Source of the DNA: Malacoraja senta
Lineage: Eukaryota
Reading direction: 5' to 3'
Assembly (NCBI GenBank): GCA_038087875.1
Contig: JAXLNO010000146.1
Location: 744,001-808,000, forward strand
DNA length: 64,000 nt
Both the position numbers and the translations under genes were made by a program. Under the pieces are notes generated by a model. That model did no database searches. It was not told the DNA's origin and saw nothing but the letters and a program-made list of their open reading frames with translations. Position 1 is the first letter of the stretch. Each line of letters begins with the position of its first letter. Positions 1-12,118 of the stretch are shown in pieces.

Positions 1-469
1 CAGTGGAACACCCACTGATGTTACCAGGGTTAGGGGGGACTAGCACTAGGACCCAGCGCTGTCAAACCCAGTGGAGTTGGAGTCCGCAGCGTGGAAACTT
101 CAGGCCCGGTGCTGAGTCCAGGCTGCAGGTAAGGCGACGGCTGCAGGCTGCTGGAGGGCGGTGGTGTGACGAGGGTCGGCGGGCAAAGAGTAGGAGGTCC
201 TCTCCACAACGAATATAAACCTCACTTGCATTTTAATCCCTCGCCCCCCCTCCCCCCCCAACACCACCAAAGCCTCCGGAATCGCAAGCACAGCGCCACC
301 GATGGTAGGGTTTGTAACAACGCCACTATGTCAAAAGTTTTATACACCTTGGTAGAGCGGGCCGAGGCCCCCCTAGATCTCGAGGCCCTAAGCTTAAGCT
401 TGTCTGGCTTATACGTAAATCCGGCCCTGAATGAAATCCAGCCTCCTGGATCAAATTAAATGTGTCTAA

Positions 470-800
470 TGCCAGATCAGGTCAGCAGCAGATGCGACCT
501 CACTGGCTCTCCACTCTGCGCTGAACCATCTGGGTAGCAAGAACACATACGTCAGGTTACCATTCATTGACCAGCTGTGTTCAACACTATCCTCCCCTCC
601 AGACTCGTCAGCAAGCTCCAAGACGGGCCTCTGTACCTCCCTTAGAAACTGGATCCTTGACATCCTCATTGGCAGACCTTTATCAGTACACATCAGTAAC
701 GGCATCACCTCCTTGTTGACCATCAACACAGATGTTCCTCAAGCCTGCATGCGGAGACCCCTGCCCTGCTCATTACACCAATCAAGCACTTAGCTCCAAT
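470..800 (+). mobile_element. Rex1/Babar-type LINE RT fragment (degenerate)
   Basis: + strand reads ADATSLALHSALNHLGSKNTYVRLPFID, resembling the Rex1 RT segment DDAISLALHTALTHL..NTYVRMLFID; reading frame is broken. Confidence 0.6.
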
Positions 801-1235
801 GCAATCTTTAAAATGCGGACTGTGGTCTGTTTACACGGAGTGTGTAAGGTTGCTACCCCTGTTCCAATACCAAAAGGGGCTGCTTTCCTTCTGGCTGCAC
901 TTCACACCCACCATCCTCATCTTTGGACACCCTGTGCGTCGGGCCGAAGATGTCCTAGTTGGGTTGCTCATAGGCCTGGCCAAGCTGGCCATCAACAAGG
1001 CCCAGCACCAGGCGGAAGAGGGCTCAACCCGAGCCGGCTAGCTGCCCCATTTCCGGCGGCACGTCCACGGGCACCCTGTGGGATTTCCAGGACCACTGAG
1101 CACCGCGGGATGAGGAATGCACCCTCAATAAGGATGGTGATAGTTGTATAGTAGTTTATTCAGTATATTTCTTTGACCTGTATTATGGTGGTGGGTTTTG
1201 ATTTGATTTATTTTGTACTGTACATATTACGGTGG
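800..1235 (+). mobile_element. Tx1/L1-type LINE 3' fragment
   Basis: Peptide LLSFWLHFTPTILIFGHPVRRAEDVLVGLLIGLAKLAI resembles the C-terminus of Tx1-type ORF2; followed by a T-rich 3' UTR. Confidence 0.55.
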
Positions 1236-3541
1236 TGCTGAGTCAGCGTACAGTAAATGAGCTTGTCGATAATTTCAATGTGAAAATTACAAATATTATT
1301 GATGCCATTGCACCCACTAAGGTGAAAGTGGTCCCTGGCAAAAAGAAGTCTCCATGGAGAAACGCTACATTGGTAAAAATTGAAAAAAGAGAGTGTCGGA
1401 AGCTGTACGTAGGTGGCGGAAAACAAATCTCCAGGTTCACTTTTACATCTATAAAGAAAGACTTTGCATCTGCAACTTGGAACTGAGAAATGCAAGGCAA
1501 TCCTTCTTCTCTGACATCATTGCCAAAAACAATAATAATGCACGGGCGTTGTTTACTACTGTCGACAGGCTAACAAACCCTCCTGTGTCAGTAGCCCCTG
1601 AAATGCTTTCCACAAGGGCCTGTAATGAATTTGCCTCCTTCTTCACAGACAAAATTCAGAAAATTAGGCAAGCAGTCAGTGCCTCCACATCAGGTGCAGG
1701 ACATGTGTTGTCCATGTGTCCACTTATAATCAATTCAAATACCATGACACAATTTCATGTTATTAACCATAAAACCTTGGAGGACATTATACAACATTTG
1801 AAATCCTCCTCCTGCTGCCTCGATATTCTACCAACAGGCCTTTTCAAAGGTGTATCAAACTGCATGACCTCAGACCTTCTACAGATTGTAAACACGTCCC
1901 TTCTCTCAGGTGTCTTCCCACAGGCCCTGAAAACTGCTGTTATCAAGCCTCTCTTAAAAAAGAAGAACTTAGACACTTCACTACTGAACAAATACAGACC
2001 AATATCAAACCTCCCATTTCTCAGTAAAATCATTGAAAAAGCTGTTTTTAAGCAGCTGAACAATTTCATGTTAATGAACAGCTGTTTTGATGTCTTCCAG
2101 TCAGGATTTAGACCACACCACAGCACCGAGACGGCTCTTGCTAAGGTCTTCAATGACATTCACTTAAACACAGACAATGGCAAAATTTCAGTCTTAGTAT
2201 TACTAGATCTCAGTGCTGCATTCGACATAGTCGATCACAACATATTACTAGACCGTCTGGAAAACTGGGTGGGACTTTCGGGCACAGCATTAAAATGGTT
2301 TGAATCCTACTTGAAGGACAGGGACTACTTTGTGTCTATAGGTAATTACACATCTGAGCGTGCAAAAATTACATGTGGAGTTCCCCAGGGCTCCATTCTG
2401 GGGCCTCTTCTGTTTAACATCTACATGCTTCCACTGGCTCAGATCATGTAAAACATCAAAATATGTTACCATAGTTACGCAGACGACACACAAATCTACA
2501 TAACAATATCACCAGGAGCACTGAGTAGATGCATTGAGCAAATCAATGATTGGATGAACCAGAATTTTCTCCAATTAAACAAAGACAAAACTGAAATAAT
2601 TGTTTTTGGAGCCAAGGAAGAACGATTAAAAGTTAGCACCCAGCTTCAAATGGTAATGCTAAAATCAACAAACCAAGCCAGAAACTTAGGAGTAGTCATG
2701 GACTCAGACCTGAACTTCAACAGCCACATAAAAACAGTCACAAAGTCAGCCTACTATCACCTAAATAATATATCGAGGATTAAAGGACTTATGTCTCAGC
2801 AGGATTTGGAAAAACTTGTCCATGCATTTATCTTCAGCAGGCTCGACTACTGTAGCAGTGTCTTTACAGGTCTCCCTAAAAAGTCGATCAGACAGCTGCA
2901 GTTAATTCAGAACGCTGCTGCTCGAGTCCTCAATAAGACCAAAAAAGTAGATCACATTACTCCAGTTCTGAGGTCTTTACACTGGCTTCCTGTCTGTCAA
3001 AGAATTGATTTTAAAATACTACTGTTGGTTTACAAAGCACTGAATGGTTTAGGGGCAAAATACATTTCTGATCTTCTGCTTAGCTACGAATCACCCAGAC
3101 CTCTCAGATCGTCTGTGACAGGTCTGCTCTGTGTCCCCAGAGTCAGAACTAAACATGGAGAGGCAGAATTTAGTTTTTATGCACCACATATCTGGAACAA
3201 ACTCCCAGAAAACTGCAGGTCTGCTGCAACTCTCAGCTCTTTTAAATCTAGACTGAAGACTTTTCTGTTTGCCGCTGCCTTTCAGTAAACAATACAATTT
3301 ATTAATTACCTATACTGCACTGTAACTTCTATTCCTGGTTTTATTCTATTTTAAATATTTTATTTGATTGCTTTTAATTTTGTAATTATTTTATCTGAAT
3401 AATCTAATAATCATTTTATATTTAAATGTCATTTTATATGTGTTTCTTTCAAATGCTATAAATGTTTTATGTAAAGCACTTTGAATTACCTTGTGGTTGA
3501 AAGGTGCTATACAAATAAACTTGCCTTGCCTTGCCTTGCCT
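1236..3541 (+). mobile_element. 5'-truncated L2-clade LINE (ORF2 RT with stop/frameshift)
   Basis: ORFs 1393-2451 and 2554-3288 carry [40 protein letters not shown] (~2476) and SRLDYC...LHWLPV; the 3' UTR ends AATAAA + (cttgc)n. Confidence 0.92.
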
Positions 3542-4436
3542 TTTGCCCTAATTGGCTTTTTTTAAAGTGCTTTCAACAAAACGAATGTCTTTTCTCGGCT
3601 TGCTGAGTGGTTTTGCCCTAATTGGCTTTTTTTAAAGGGCTTTCCGCAAACGAATGTCCTTTGTTGGCTTGCTGAGTGGTTTTGCCCTAATTGGCTTTTT
3701 TTTAAGTGCTTTCAGCAAAACGAATGTCTTTTGTCGGCTTGCTGAATGGTTTTGCCCTATTTGGCTTTTTTAAAGTGCTTTCAGCAAAACGAATGTCTTT
3801 TCTCGGCTTGCTGAGAGGTTTTGCCCTAATTGGCTATTTTTTAAAGTGCTTTCAGCAAAACGAATGTCTTTTCTCGGCTTGCTGAGTGGTTTTGCCCTAA
3901 TTGGCTTTTTTTAAGTGCTTTCAACAAAACGAATGTCTTTTCTCGGCTTGCTGAGTGGTTTTGCCCTAATTGGCTTTTTTTAAAGGGCTTTCCGCAAACG
4001 AATGTCCTTTGTTGGCTTGCTGAGTGGTTTTGCCCTAATTGGCTTTTTTTTAAGTGCTTTCAGCAAAACGAATGTCTTTTGTCGGCTTGCTGAATGGTTT
4101 TGCCCTATTTGGCTTTTTTAAAGTGCTTTCAGCAAAACGAATGTCTTTTCTCGGCTTGCTGAGAGGTTTTGCCCTAATTGGCTATTTTTTAAAGTGCTTT
4201 CAGCAAAACGAATGTCTTTTCTCGGCTTGCTGAGTGGTTTTGCCCTAATTGGCTTTTTTTTAAGTGCTTTCAGCAAAACAAATGTCTTTTGTCAGATCCC
4301 TGAGTGGTTTTGCCCTAATCTGCTTTTTTTTTTTAAGTGCTTTCAGCAAAACGAACGTATTTTGTCGGCTTGCTGAATGGTTTTGCCCTAATTGGCTTTT
4401 TTAAAGTGCTTTCAGCAAAACGAATGCCTTTTGTCG
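3541..4436. repeat. ~70-bp tandem satellite, ~13 copies, with a 348-bp higher-order duplication
   Basis: Unit ttttgccctaattggc(t)n aaagtgctttcagcaaaacgaatgtcttttctcggcttgctgagtgg; the variant gggctttccgc recurs at 3637 and 3985. Confidence 0.95.
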
Positions 4437-4595
4437 GGGGGCAACAGGATCCGCTGGGGGCGACATGTTGGAGTAGTCGCACTTTTCCACGCTCCCGACC
4501 TTTTCACCTCCAACTTTTATTATAGCTCAGCCTAAGTTTTCTATCCACCCATAAACATTTAAACAGCATTGACAGTACCTCTCTACGCTGTAAAG

Positions 4596-5345
4596 ATGCC
4601 AAACAAAGGAAAGAAAGCGGTGCAAAAGACAGAAGACCCGACGACCAGCACCGGCATGGCCACGCTAGCAGCCATGTTAACAGAACATAAGGTATCGTTA
4701 CTGGCAGAATTTAACGCAGCGTTCACGAAACTGGAAACGAAGCTGGACAATATCCAGACCACTATCTTAGATCACCAAAACCGTCTTTCGTCATTAAAGT
4801 CTTTTGCCGATACCACTAGCCACGACATACGAGCTATAACGACAATGCTAACTACGGTGACCGAAGAGAACGCCAAGCTAAAGTCTAAGCTTATCGGCCT
4901 GGAAGGCAGGAGTCGCCGAAAAAACATAAGGATAGTCGGTCTTCCCGAGAATATCGAGGGCCCCCAAACAACAGCGTTTTTCTCTCAACTTTTGCTCGAG
5001 ACTCTTGGCGAAAACACACTGGAATCAGCCCCGGAGCTAGACCGAGCCCACCGTACGCTAACAGCCAAGCCAAGCCCTGGTGAGAAACCCAGAGCAGTTG
5101 TGATCTGCTTCCATAGATACCAGACCCGCGAGTTGGTGGTGCGTGAGGCTCGGAGGCAGAGGGGTAAGCTGAAGTACAAGGATACCCCGATCCACATTTT
5201 CGAAGACTACTGTCCCGAGATAGTTGAACAACGCGTCGCGTACCGACACGTTAAGAAGGAGCTGTACAACGTGGGTCTCAAACCCTCCCTTCATTATCCA
5301 GCCAAGCTGTTCATCATGTCCGGGAGGGAAAGAGGCGACTACTAA
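4596..5345 (+). CDS. L1 ORF1p (coiled coil + RRM + CTD); C-terminus probably frameshifted
   Basis: Heptad-rich region followed by LEGRSRRKNIRIVGLPE, LDRAHR, PRAVV, IFEDY and YPAKL motifs of L1 ORF1. Confidence 0.88.
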   Translation: MPNKGKKAVQKTEDPTTSTGMATLAAMLTEHKVSLLAEFNAAFTKLETKLDNIQTTILDHQNRLSSLKSFADTTSHDIRAITTMLTTVTEENAKLKSKLIGLEGRSRRKNIRIVGLPENIEGPQTTAFFSQLLLETLGENTLESAPELDRAHRTLTAKPSPGEKPRAVVICFHRYQTRELVVREARRQRGKLKYKDTPIHIFEDYCPEIVEQRVAYRHVKKELYNVGLKPSLHYPAKLFIMSGRERGDY

Positions 5346-6034
5346 CATCTCCCGAGGATGCTCAGGATTTCATCTCATCTTACCGTCGACGCAGATGACT
5401 GACTTCGTTCAGTACGTCTATATCCGAGTGACACAGGGGCCCGGTTAATCTACGGTTACATGGACTAACTTTAGCTTGACTGTTCTAACAACTAGTTATT
5501 GCTAGCGTTCAGCATTGCTGATTATACTAGACCCCTGTTTCGAAATGTATGAGGCTGGTAAGAAATCACCATGATTCGTGAATATCTTATACCAACTTTT
5601 CCTTACATTGTCTATGTGTAATCATACTTGAAAGGTCCTTCATCAGCACATGCTATAAAACTGGGCTTAAGGGACCCACTTTGTGGTTCGTGATTTGGTC
5701 TCTGCCTTCTTGTTCTTAGCAGCTGGCCGCTAACGCTGTCAGCACTCGGCTAGTTTGTTTACACTAGTCTTCCTAATGGACTGTCTGGGGCTGATAAGAG
5801 CTCATTACAGCCAAGGCTGTGTTATACCAATCTTATCTTATAGCTTTTTTGTTTAACAATACTTAATTGATGTTCTTTTGCCCTGCGCTTTAATCCGAGA
5901 GCCCAGTTTGTAATTTGCTAATTTTTCCAACGCTAACTCTCTCTTTATACTTTGTCGATTTTAAGACATACTATGTAACACCAAAGGAAGCTATTCTGGC
6001 TCCACTTAACTCCAGGCTTATACGTTAACCTGCC

Positions 6035-6240
6035 TTTTCTGTCAAATCACTTCTGTCATGTCTTGAGGACATTAAGTCCTGGATGGCCCTAAACTTTCTA
6101 GGATTTAATGAAAAGAAGGCAGAGGTGATATTGTTTGGCCCCAATGGCTGCCGTGAACCTCCCCTTGTTGACTTGGGTCCACTGGCACGTGAAGCCAACA
6201 GTTTTGAACCTAGGTTTTAGGATGGACAGTGATTTTAAGT
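6035..6240 (+). mobile_element. L2 fragment (second L2 family), part upstream of the DIRS insertion
   Basis: Reads SLLSCLEDIKSWMALNFLGFNEKKAEVILFGP...NLGFRMDSDFK; continues in frame at 12119. Confidence 0.85.
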
Positions 6241-6446
6241 TTTACTTCGGAGTCACGTGAGTGACTACGTGAAGAAGACCCCGTCCAGCCGCACACGCGT
6301 CATTATCGATCAGACGCATAGCGTTCATGACCGTGTGTGGAGGAGCAGGACCTTGGATAAATTGGATAAGGTAAGTGGTTTCGTTTTCACTTACAGGGCA
6401 CTTTTCTTCCCGCTCAGACGTGTTGGCAGAGTCCACACAACTCAGA

Positions 6447-8700
6447 ATGGAGAAAGGGCGTAGAGGAAGGAGAGGCCAGGGACGCACCGCAGGTAAAACC
6501 CCCGATGCTAAGGGTAGCGGGCGTCAGGAAGAGTAGGCAGTGGCATCGAAGCCATCTACTCCCGTTACGGTCGAATGTGCCGTTAAACCGCCGGCGGCGG
6601 GGCGCAAGGCAGGACAAAAGTCGGCCCGACCTGTAGACTCGGATGAGTCAGACCCGGAGGTACACCCTCCTGCAGCAGAAAATGTTATGGCTGCAAGGGT
6701 CGCCAGTTTAGAGCTCCTGATGGGGAAAATGATTTACAAAGAACCCCCACAGGAGGAAGCAGGTCGGTGTTGGCCAATGGAGGATACAGCACAGGGTGTG
6801 CCTTGGTTGGGACAGGCACAAGGGTGGCCTACAGGAGAGCCATCAGAAATGACTGTGCAAAGTTATTACAGTGGTTGGCCTACAGAAGAGCCAGTGCCCG
6901 AAATGCCTGAAAAAAGGCAGTATATGTGCTGGCCTACTGAAGAGTCAGTACCAGAAATGTCTAAAAAAAGACAGTACACACGTACTTGTGTGCCAGCACC
7001 GAAAGTTCCTAAAGGGAAAATTATGAAGCGTTGGCCTAGAATGGAGCCAGCGCCAGCAGCACCTGGAACAGAGCTGCCTACCCGTGGGCCTACAGCAGAG
7101 CTTACGTAAGGAGATACTGGCATAGATTTACCTGAACTAGGGGATCCTGAAGTTACTCAACCTGAAGACGAACATCTAGACTCAGAAGATGAATTCTATG
7201 AGGATGAGAGCCCGTTATCAGAGCTGAAAGTTCCTGGACTAGCACAAAAGTTTGCTGTTCCTAGAATAAAAGGGGAACCTTTGAGGGATGAAATAGCAAT
7301 GACTATAAATTATTTACTCTCCCATCAGCTCCAGGAAGTAACTATGGATGAGACTATGAAACAGTATGAGCCCCGGAGAATTGTGAATTGCTCACAGTTC
7401 CAACAGTGAATAACTTGATATGGGGTTATTTGAGCATTGGTCTACGCTCACAAGAATTGAAATTGCAACATGTATTGAAATTGCTGGGGTCAGGCATCGC
7501 GGCATTTGCCAGAGGATTGGATGATGAGTTTGTATCAGATTCACAACAAGATGCTTTAGCGCTGATGTGTGGTGCGCATTTTATAATAAATTGTATTCGT
7601 AAAAATGCAATAAGACCAAATATTCATCCTAAGTATGCAGGGCTCTGCAAACCAACCAACATTTTTTTGTTTCGTTTGAGTTTTGTTTTTAGTGGGGGGT
7701 TTTTTAACGGGGTATGTGTGGGTCAGCGGGGGGTAGGGAGGGGGAAACTTTTAAAATCTTTTCCCTGCACGGGAGAACCGACCTTTCTCTGTCGGGTCTC
7801 CGTTGTTGTTGGGGCCTAGCACCGTGGAGCGGCCTCCAACCGGAACGACCTGGGGCTCCAGTCGCGGAGCCTGCGGACTTCTCACCATCGTGGAGCTGGC
7901 CGACTTCGGAGCGGGAGGGGCTGTGGTGACGCGCGGTTGCGACCCGACCCCGGAGATTCGGAGGCTTCAGCCGCGGGACTGGTGGACGGTAACATCGGGA
8001 GCCCGCAGGTCCATGGTGGGAGACCGCTTTTCGGAGCTCCCGCAATGGCAGCTACTCCCGCCCGAGTTGCGGGGTTGAAGATGACCTGGAGCGGGGTCTG
8101 GCATCGCCCGGTGCGGCATTGGTGGCCGTGAGACTTGCTGGCGCTACCGGGGGCTACAACATCAAGACCCGGAGCGGGGTCTGGCATCGCCCGGCGCGGC
8201 TTTGGTGGCCGCGGGATATGTTTACAGTCGCCCGCCCGGGGCTTTGACTCTGACATCGGGAGGAGAATGGAGTGCAGGGGAGAGATAAGACTTTGCCTTC
8301 CATCACAGTGAGGAGGAGACTCACTGTGATGGATGTTTGTGTAAATTGTGTTGTGTCTTTTTTAATTGTTTGTATGACTGCAGAAACAGAATTTCGTTTG
8401 AACTTAGGTTCAAACGACAACAAATAAATATCTAAAATCTATCTAAAACATACAAATGCCTAATCTGCTGTTTGGAGAAAATCCAGCAAAGAAACTAAAG
8501 GACTTGAATGAAGAGTCAAAAAACCTGAGTGGTATGATGATGCGACCACCAATGCTGAGCAGAGCGGTGCGAAGGCAGTATCCCTACAGGCGGAATGATG
8601 GTGCTGGAGAAGGAACAAGCCGATCATTCTCGTATACACGTTGGCGTGCTGCACCGGGGATACGTGGAGGTTACAATGTGCTTACCAGAAGGGGACAACA
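6447..8700 (+). pseudogene. DIRS gag-like ORF (stops/frameshifts; split by an insertion at ~7663-8446)
   Basis: ORFs 6540-7109 and 7388 onward; LCKPTNI rejoins QMPNLLFGEN across the insertion; contains WPTEE-type peptide repeats. Confidence 0.7.
7663..8446 (+). mobile_element. ~0.8-kb GC-rich non-autonomous element inserted in DIRS gag
   Basis: Flanked by duplicated aacat; homologous to the minus-strand copy at 59222-60069; 3' end atttcgtttg...acaa.aaataaa plus a short repeat tail. Confidence 0.8.
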
Positions 8701-10260
8701 ATTGCCGGAGGCAAACCCCGAGGTAGGGGGTCCTGGTCTGGTAAGGAATACAAATGTTTCACATTCACAAATAGGGGGAAGGTTACGATTCTTCCTAAAA
8801 GAATGGCAGTTAATAACAAATAATTCATTTATTCTAAACAGCATTGTAGGATTCAAAATTGAGTTCTATTCACACTTGGATCCTCCAAGGCAGCAAAATT
8901 CAAGCTGGTCACGGATTTTCTCAAAAGAAGAGAATAAGTTGATCAAAGGAGAATTAGAAACTTTAACCAATAAGGGGGTAATAGAGAAGTCAGTAGAACA
9001 ACACCATCAATTTGTATCAAATATTTTTCCTAGAACAAAAAAGGATGGTGGATGTAGAATCATTTTGGATCTGACAAATCTTAACCTTTATGTACAATAC
9101 AAACATTTCAAAATGGAAACATTTACTAATGCCATTCAGCTGATCATAAAAAATTACTACATGGCGAGCATAGATCTGCAAGATGCATATTACTCTGTGG
9201 CAATGCATCGTAATGATCAAAGGTATTTGAAATTTAGATGGACGAGTCAGTTGTGGCAATTTAAAGCATTGCCCAATGGCCTGACTTCAGCACCAAGATT
9301 ATTCACTAAATTGCTCAAACCAATTTTGGCTCTTCTAAGAGCTGAGGGCCATGTACTAATGGCTTATTTGGACGATATTTTGATTGTAGGGGACACTTTG
9401 GCTGCTGCAAAATTATCAGTATCCAGGGTCAAGTTCATTTTTGAGAAAATGGGTTTCATTATTCACCTACAAAAATCAAAATTGTTACCAAGCAAGAAAA
9501 TTCATTACCTAGGGTTCACAATCAACTCAGAACACATGGTAATCACTTTGCCAAAAGAGAAAAGGCTGCAGTTAATTGAAGGTTGCATCAAACTCATAAA
9601 CGAGGACACACCTTCAATTAGAGAAGTGGCAAGCTTTTGCTGGGCAAATTAATTGCTGCGTTTCCAGCTGTCACATTTGGACCATTGCATTATCAATGTT
9701 TACAGAGGGCTAAGGTACAAGCCTTAAAAATAAATACAGGGCATTTTGACCGGCCCATGAAATTAACAACTGGATCCATTACTGAAATAGAATGGTGGAT
9801 TAACAAAGTCTCTAATGCTTCAAGAAAGGTTCTGGTAGAAATACCATCCGTCACTCTACAGACTCTTGGATGGGGCGCTACTAACATGATTTCCAGCTGT
9901 GGAGGTAGGTGGAATGTGAATGAAGTACCTTTGCTGGAAAAACAGGGGATCAATTACCTAGAGCTATTAGGAGCATTTCATGGCCTTAAAGCTTATTGCA
10001 CTAATATGCGAAGTGTGCATGTTTAGGTACAGGTTGACAATACTACAGCTGTAGCATACATAAATCACATGGGTGGTATCAAATCAGAATCATGTGATAG
10101 ATTGGCAAATGAAATTTGGACCTGGTGTATTGCCAGAAAAATTTGGCTGTCAGCAATATATTTACCAGGAAAATTTAACACAATTGCAGACAAAAGATCA
10201 CGTAAATTTAATAATACAGAATGGATGTTAAATCAGGAAATATTTACACAAATATAACAC
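8700..10260 (+). pseudogene. DIRS reverse transcriptase / RNase H (frameshifted)
   Basis: GGRLRFFLKEW, RIILDLTNLN, SIDLQDAYYSV, LPNGLTSAPRLFTK, YLDD; RNase H motifs GWGA, INYLEL, DNTTAVAYIN, PGKFNTIAD. Confidence 0.92.
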
Positions 10261-10559
10261 AATTTGGAATGCCAGAGATTGATTTATTTGCATCAAGACT
10301 GAACCACCAATTGCCTAAGTATGTGTCGTGGGAACCTGATCCTGGTGCAGTAGCGGTGGATGCTTTCTCGCTACATTGGGGTGGTATTTTTCTGTATGCT
10401 TTTCCACCATTTTGTTTAATCCACAAATGCATACAGAAAATTAAACAAGATTCAGCCTCAGGGATTTTGGTAGTACCAGATTGGCCTACACAGGTATGGT
10501 ACCCACTGGTGTTAAAAAGGATCAAAAAAAACCCTTATGGTTATTCCAAAGCAGATTAA
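10221..10559 (+). pseudogene. DIRS C-terminal methyltransferase-like domain
   Basis: PEIDLFASRLN...VDAFSLHW...YAFPPF...LVVPDWPTQVWYP, the MT-like domain known from DIRS1 pol. Confidence 0.8.
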
Positions 10560-10622
10560 ACTGCTTGTACACCCTGTGACTAATGAATCACATCCTTTAC
10601 ATAATCGTATTGGTTTGTTGAT

Positions 10623-11613
10623 TTGCAGATTCTAAGAAGGCCATATCTTGGAAAAGGATTATCAGACCGTACGGTGGATGTTATGACAGCAGCCGGGAGG
10701 AATAGTACCCAGAAGCAGTACATTTCCTATATAAAGAAATGGGAGGTGTTTTGTTCAGGAAAGAATATTGCATATAACACAGCAGAAATTTCAGATGTAA
10801 TAGAGTTTCTTTCAACTCTACACTATGAATTGAAATTAAGTTATAGTACAATTAATACTGCACGAAGTGCACTCTCTGCATATTTAAGCAGTGAATCAGT
10901 ACAAACTCCAATAGGAGCACATCCTTGTGTCTGTAGGTTTATGAAAGGAATTTTCAACTATAATCCTCCCAGACCCATACAGAAATTTGGAATGTAAAAG
11001 ATGTACTGATGTTGCTAAGGAATTGGAATCCAGTTGAAACTCTGTCATTATCCAAAATCACCATGAAATTGGTTATGCTCATGGCATTAGTTTCAGCGCA
11101 GAGAGTCAAACATTACAGAAACTCAGAATTGATAGAATGAAAGTAGGGCCAAATGCCGTGACATTCTATGTCTATGATTTACTGAAGCAAAGTAGACCTG
11201 AGTTCACAGGATGCAAGTTGGAATTTTTAGCATATCCTACAGATCCACGACTGTGTGTAGTAACATATGTGAAATGTTACATAGAAACAACAAAAGTTTT
11301 AAGAGGCACCGAATTGGCATTTTTTATTAGTCATAAAAAGCCTCATAAGAAAGTGTCAACACAAACAATTTCACGATGGTTGAAACAGGTGTTGAGATAT
11401 TCAGGTATTGATACAGATAAATTTAAATCTCATTCCACCAGGGCGGCATCAACATCAGCGGCCAGGGATTCAGACGTGCCAATAGACCTTATTCTCGCGG
11501 CCGCAGGATGGGCAAGTGAACAGATGTTTCACAAGTATTACCACAAGGAGATTAAAGATCTCAGAGGGTTTGGTGATGCCGTGCTGGATACAGTATTAAA
11601 TCCCCCATTATAA
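10623..11613 (+). pseudogene. DIRS tyrosine recombinase (frameshifted)
   Basis: STQKQYISY..SYSTINTARSALS, SAQR (catalytic R), LLKQSRP, HSTRAAS (HxxR), AAGWASEQMFHKYY (catalytic W and Y). Confidence 0.92.
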
Positions 11614-11780
11614 TAAATGGGCCTAATTTTGTTATTTTTATTAAAATAAATAAAACCATTAACTGATTACATTCAAATGTTGTAGTTATGCATTGTTGAT
11701 TGTGCTTACTCAAATAGAGTCAATCGATGCAGTGAACACCTGGATTTGAATCCACGGTGTGAAATCACAGAGCTTTGAAA

Positions 11781-11892
11781 TCTTCACGTAGTCACTCACG
11801 TGACTCCGAAGTAAAATAGTAAGATTAAACGAGAACTTACCAGTTTGAAGTTTGATCTTTATTTTATGAGGAGTAACGTTGAGGGATTACGT
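11781..11892 (+). other. DIRS internal complementary region (ICR)
   Basis: 11781-11815 is the reverse complement of the element's 5' end and the rest is the reverse complement of its 3' end, joined as agtaaaatagt. Confidence 0.92.
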
Positions 11893-12118
11893 GCCCTCTG
11901 CTCCCACCCTCATAAAAGGATCAAGCTGGTAGTTCTAAGTCTTTATGCATCTTACTATCATACTTCAGTAATTATCGTCTGTGATTGTCACTCCGCTGCT
12001 TTGAAAGATTGACGCGTGTGCGGCTGGACGGGGTCTTCTTAACGTAATCCCTCAACGTTACTCCTCATAAAATAAAGATCAAACTTCAAACTGGTAAGTT
12101 CTCGTTTAATCTTACTAT

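Larger units (their letters stand above)
6241..12118 (+). mobile_element. Complete DIRS1-type tyrosine-recombinase retrotransposon (degenerate ORFs)
   Basis: Left ITR tttacttcggagtcacgtgagtgactacgtgaagaagaccccgtccagccgcacacgcgtca; inverted copy at ~12010-12047 with a right extension to 12118; ICR at 11781-11892; gag, RT/RNase H, MT-like and YR coding regions; no TSD. Confidence 0.95.

Noticed and set aside
280..429. Possible hAT-like terminus (aatccggccctg)
   Set aside because: No partner TIR or TSD visible within the window.
3541..4436. CRISPR-like regular array
   Set aside because: Head-to-tail monomers without unique spacers, no cas genes, eukaryotic context.
10221..11613. Phage integrase plus methyltransferase as a bacterial or phage insertion
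   Set aside because: Both are standard DIRS1 domains and lie within the element's ITRs.
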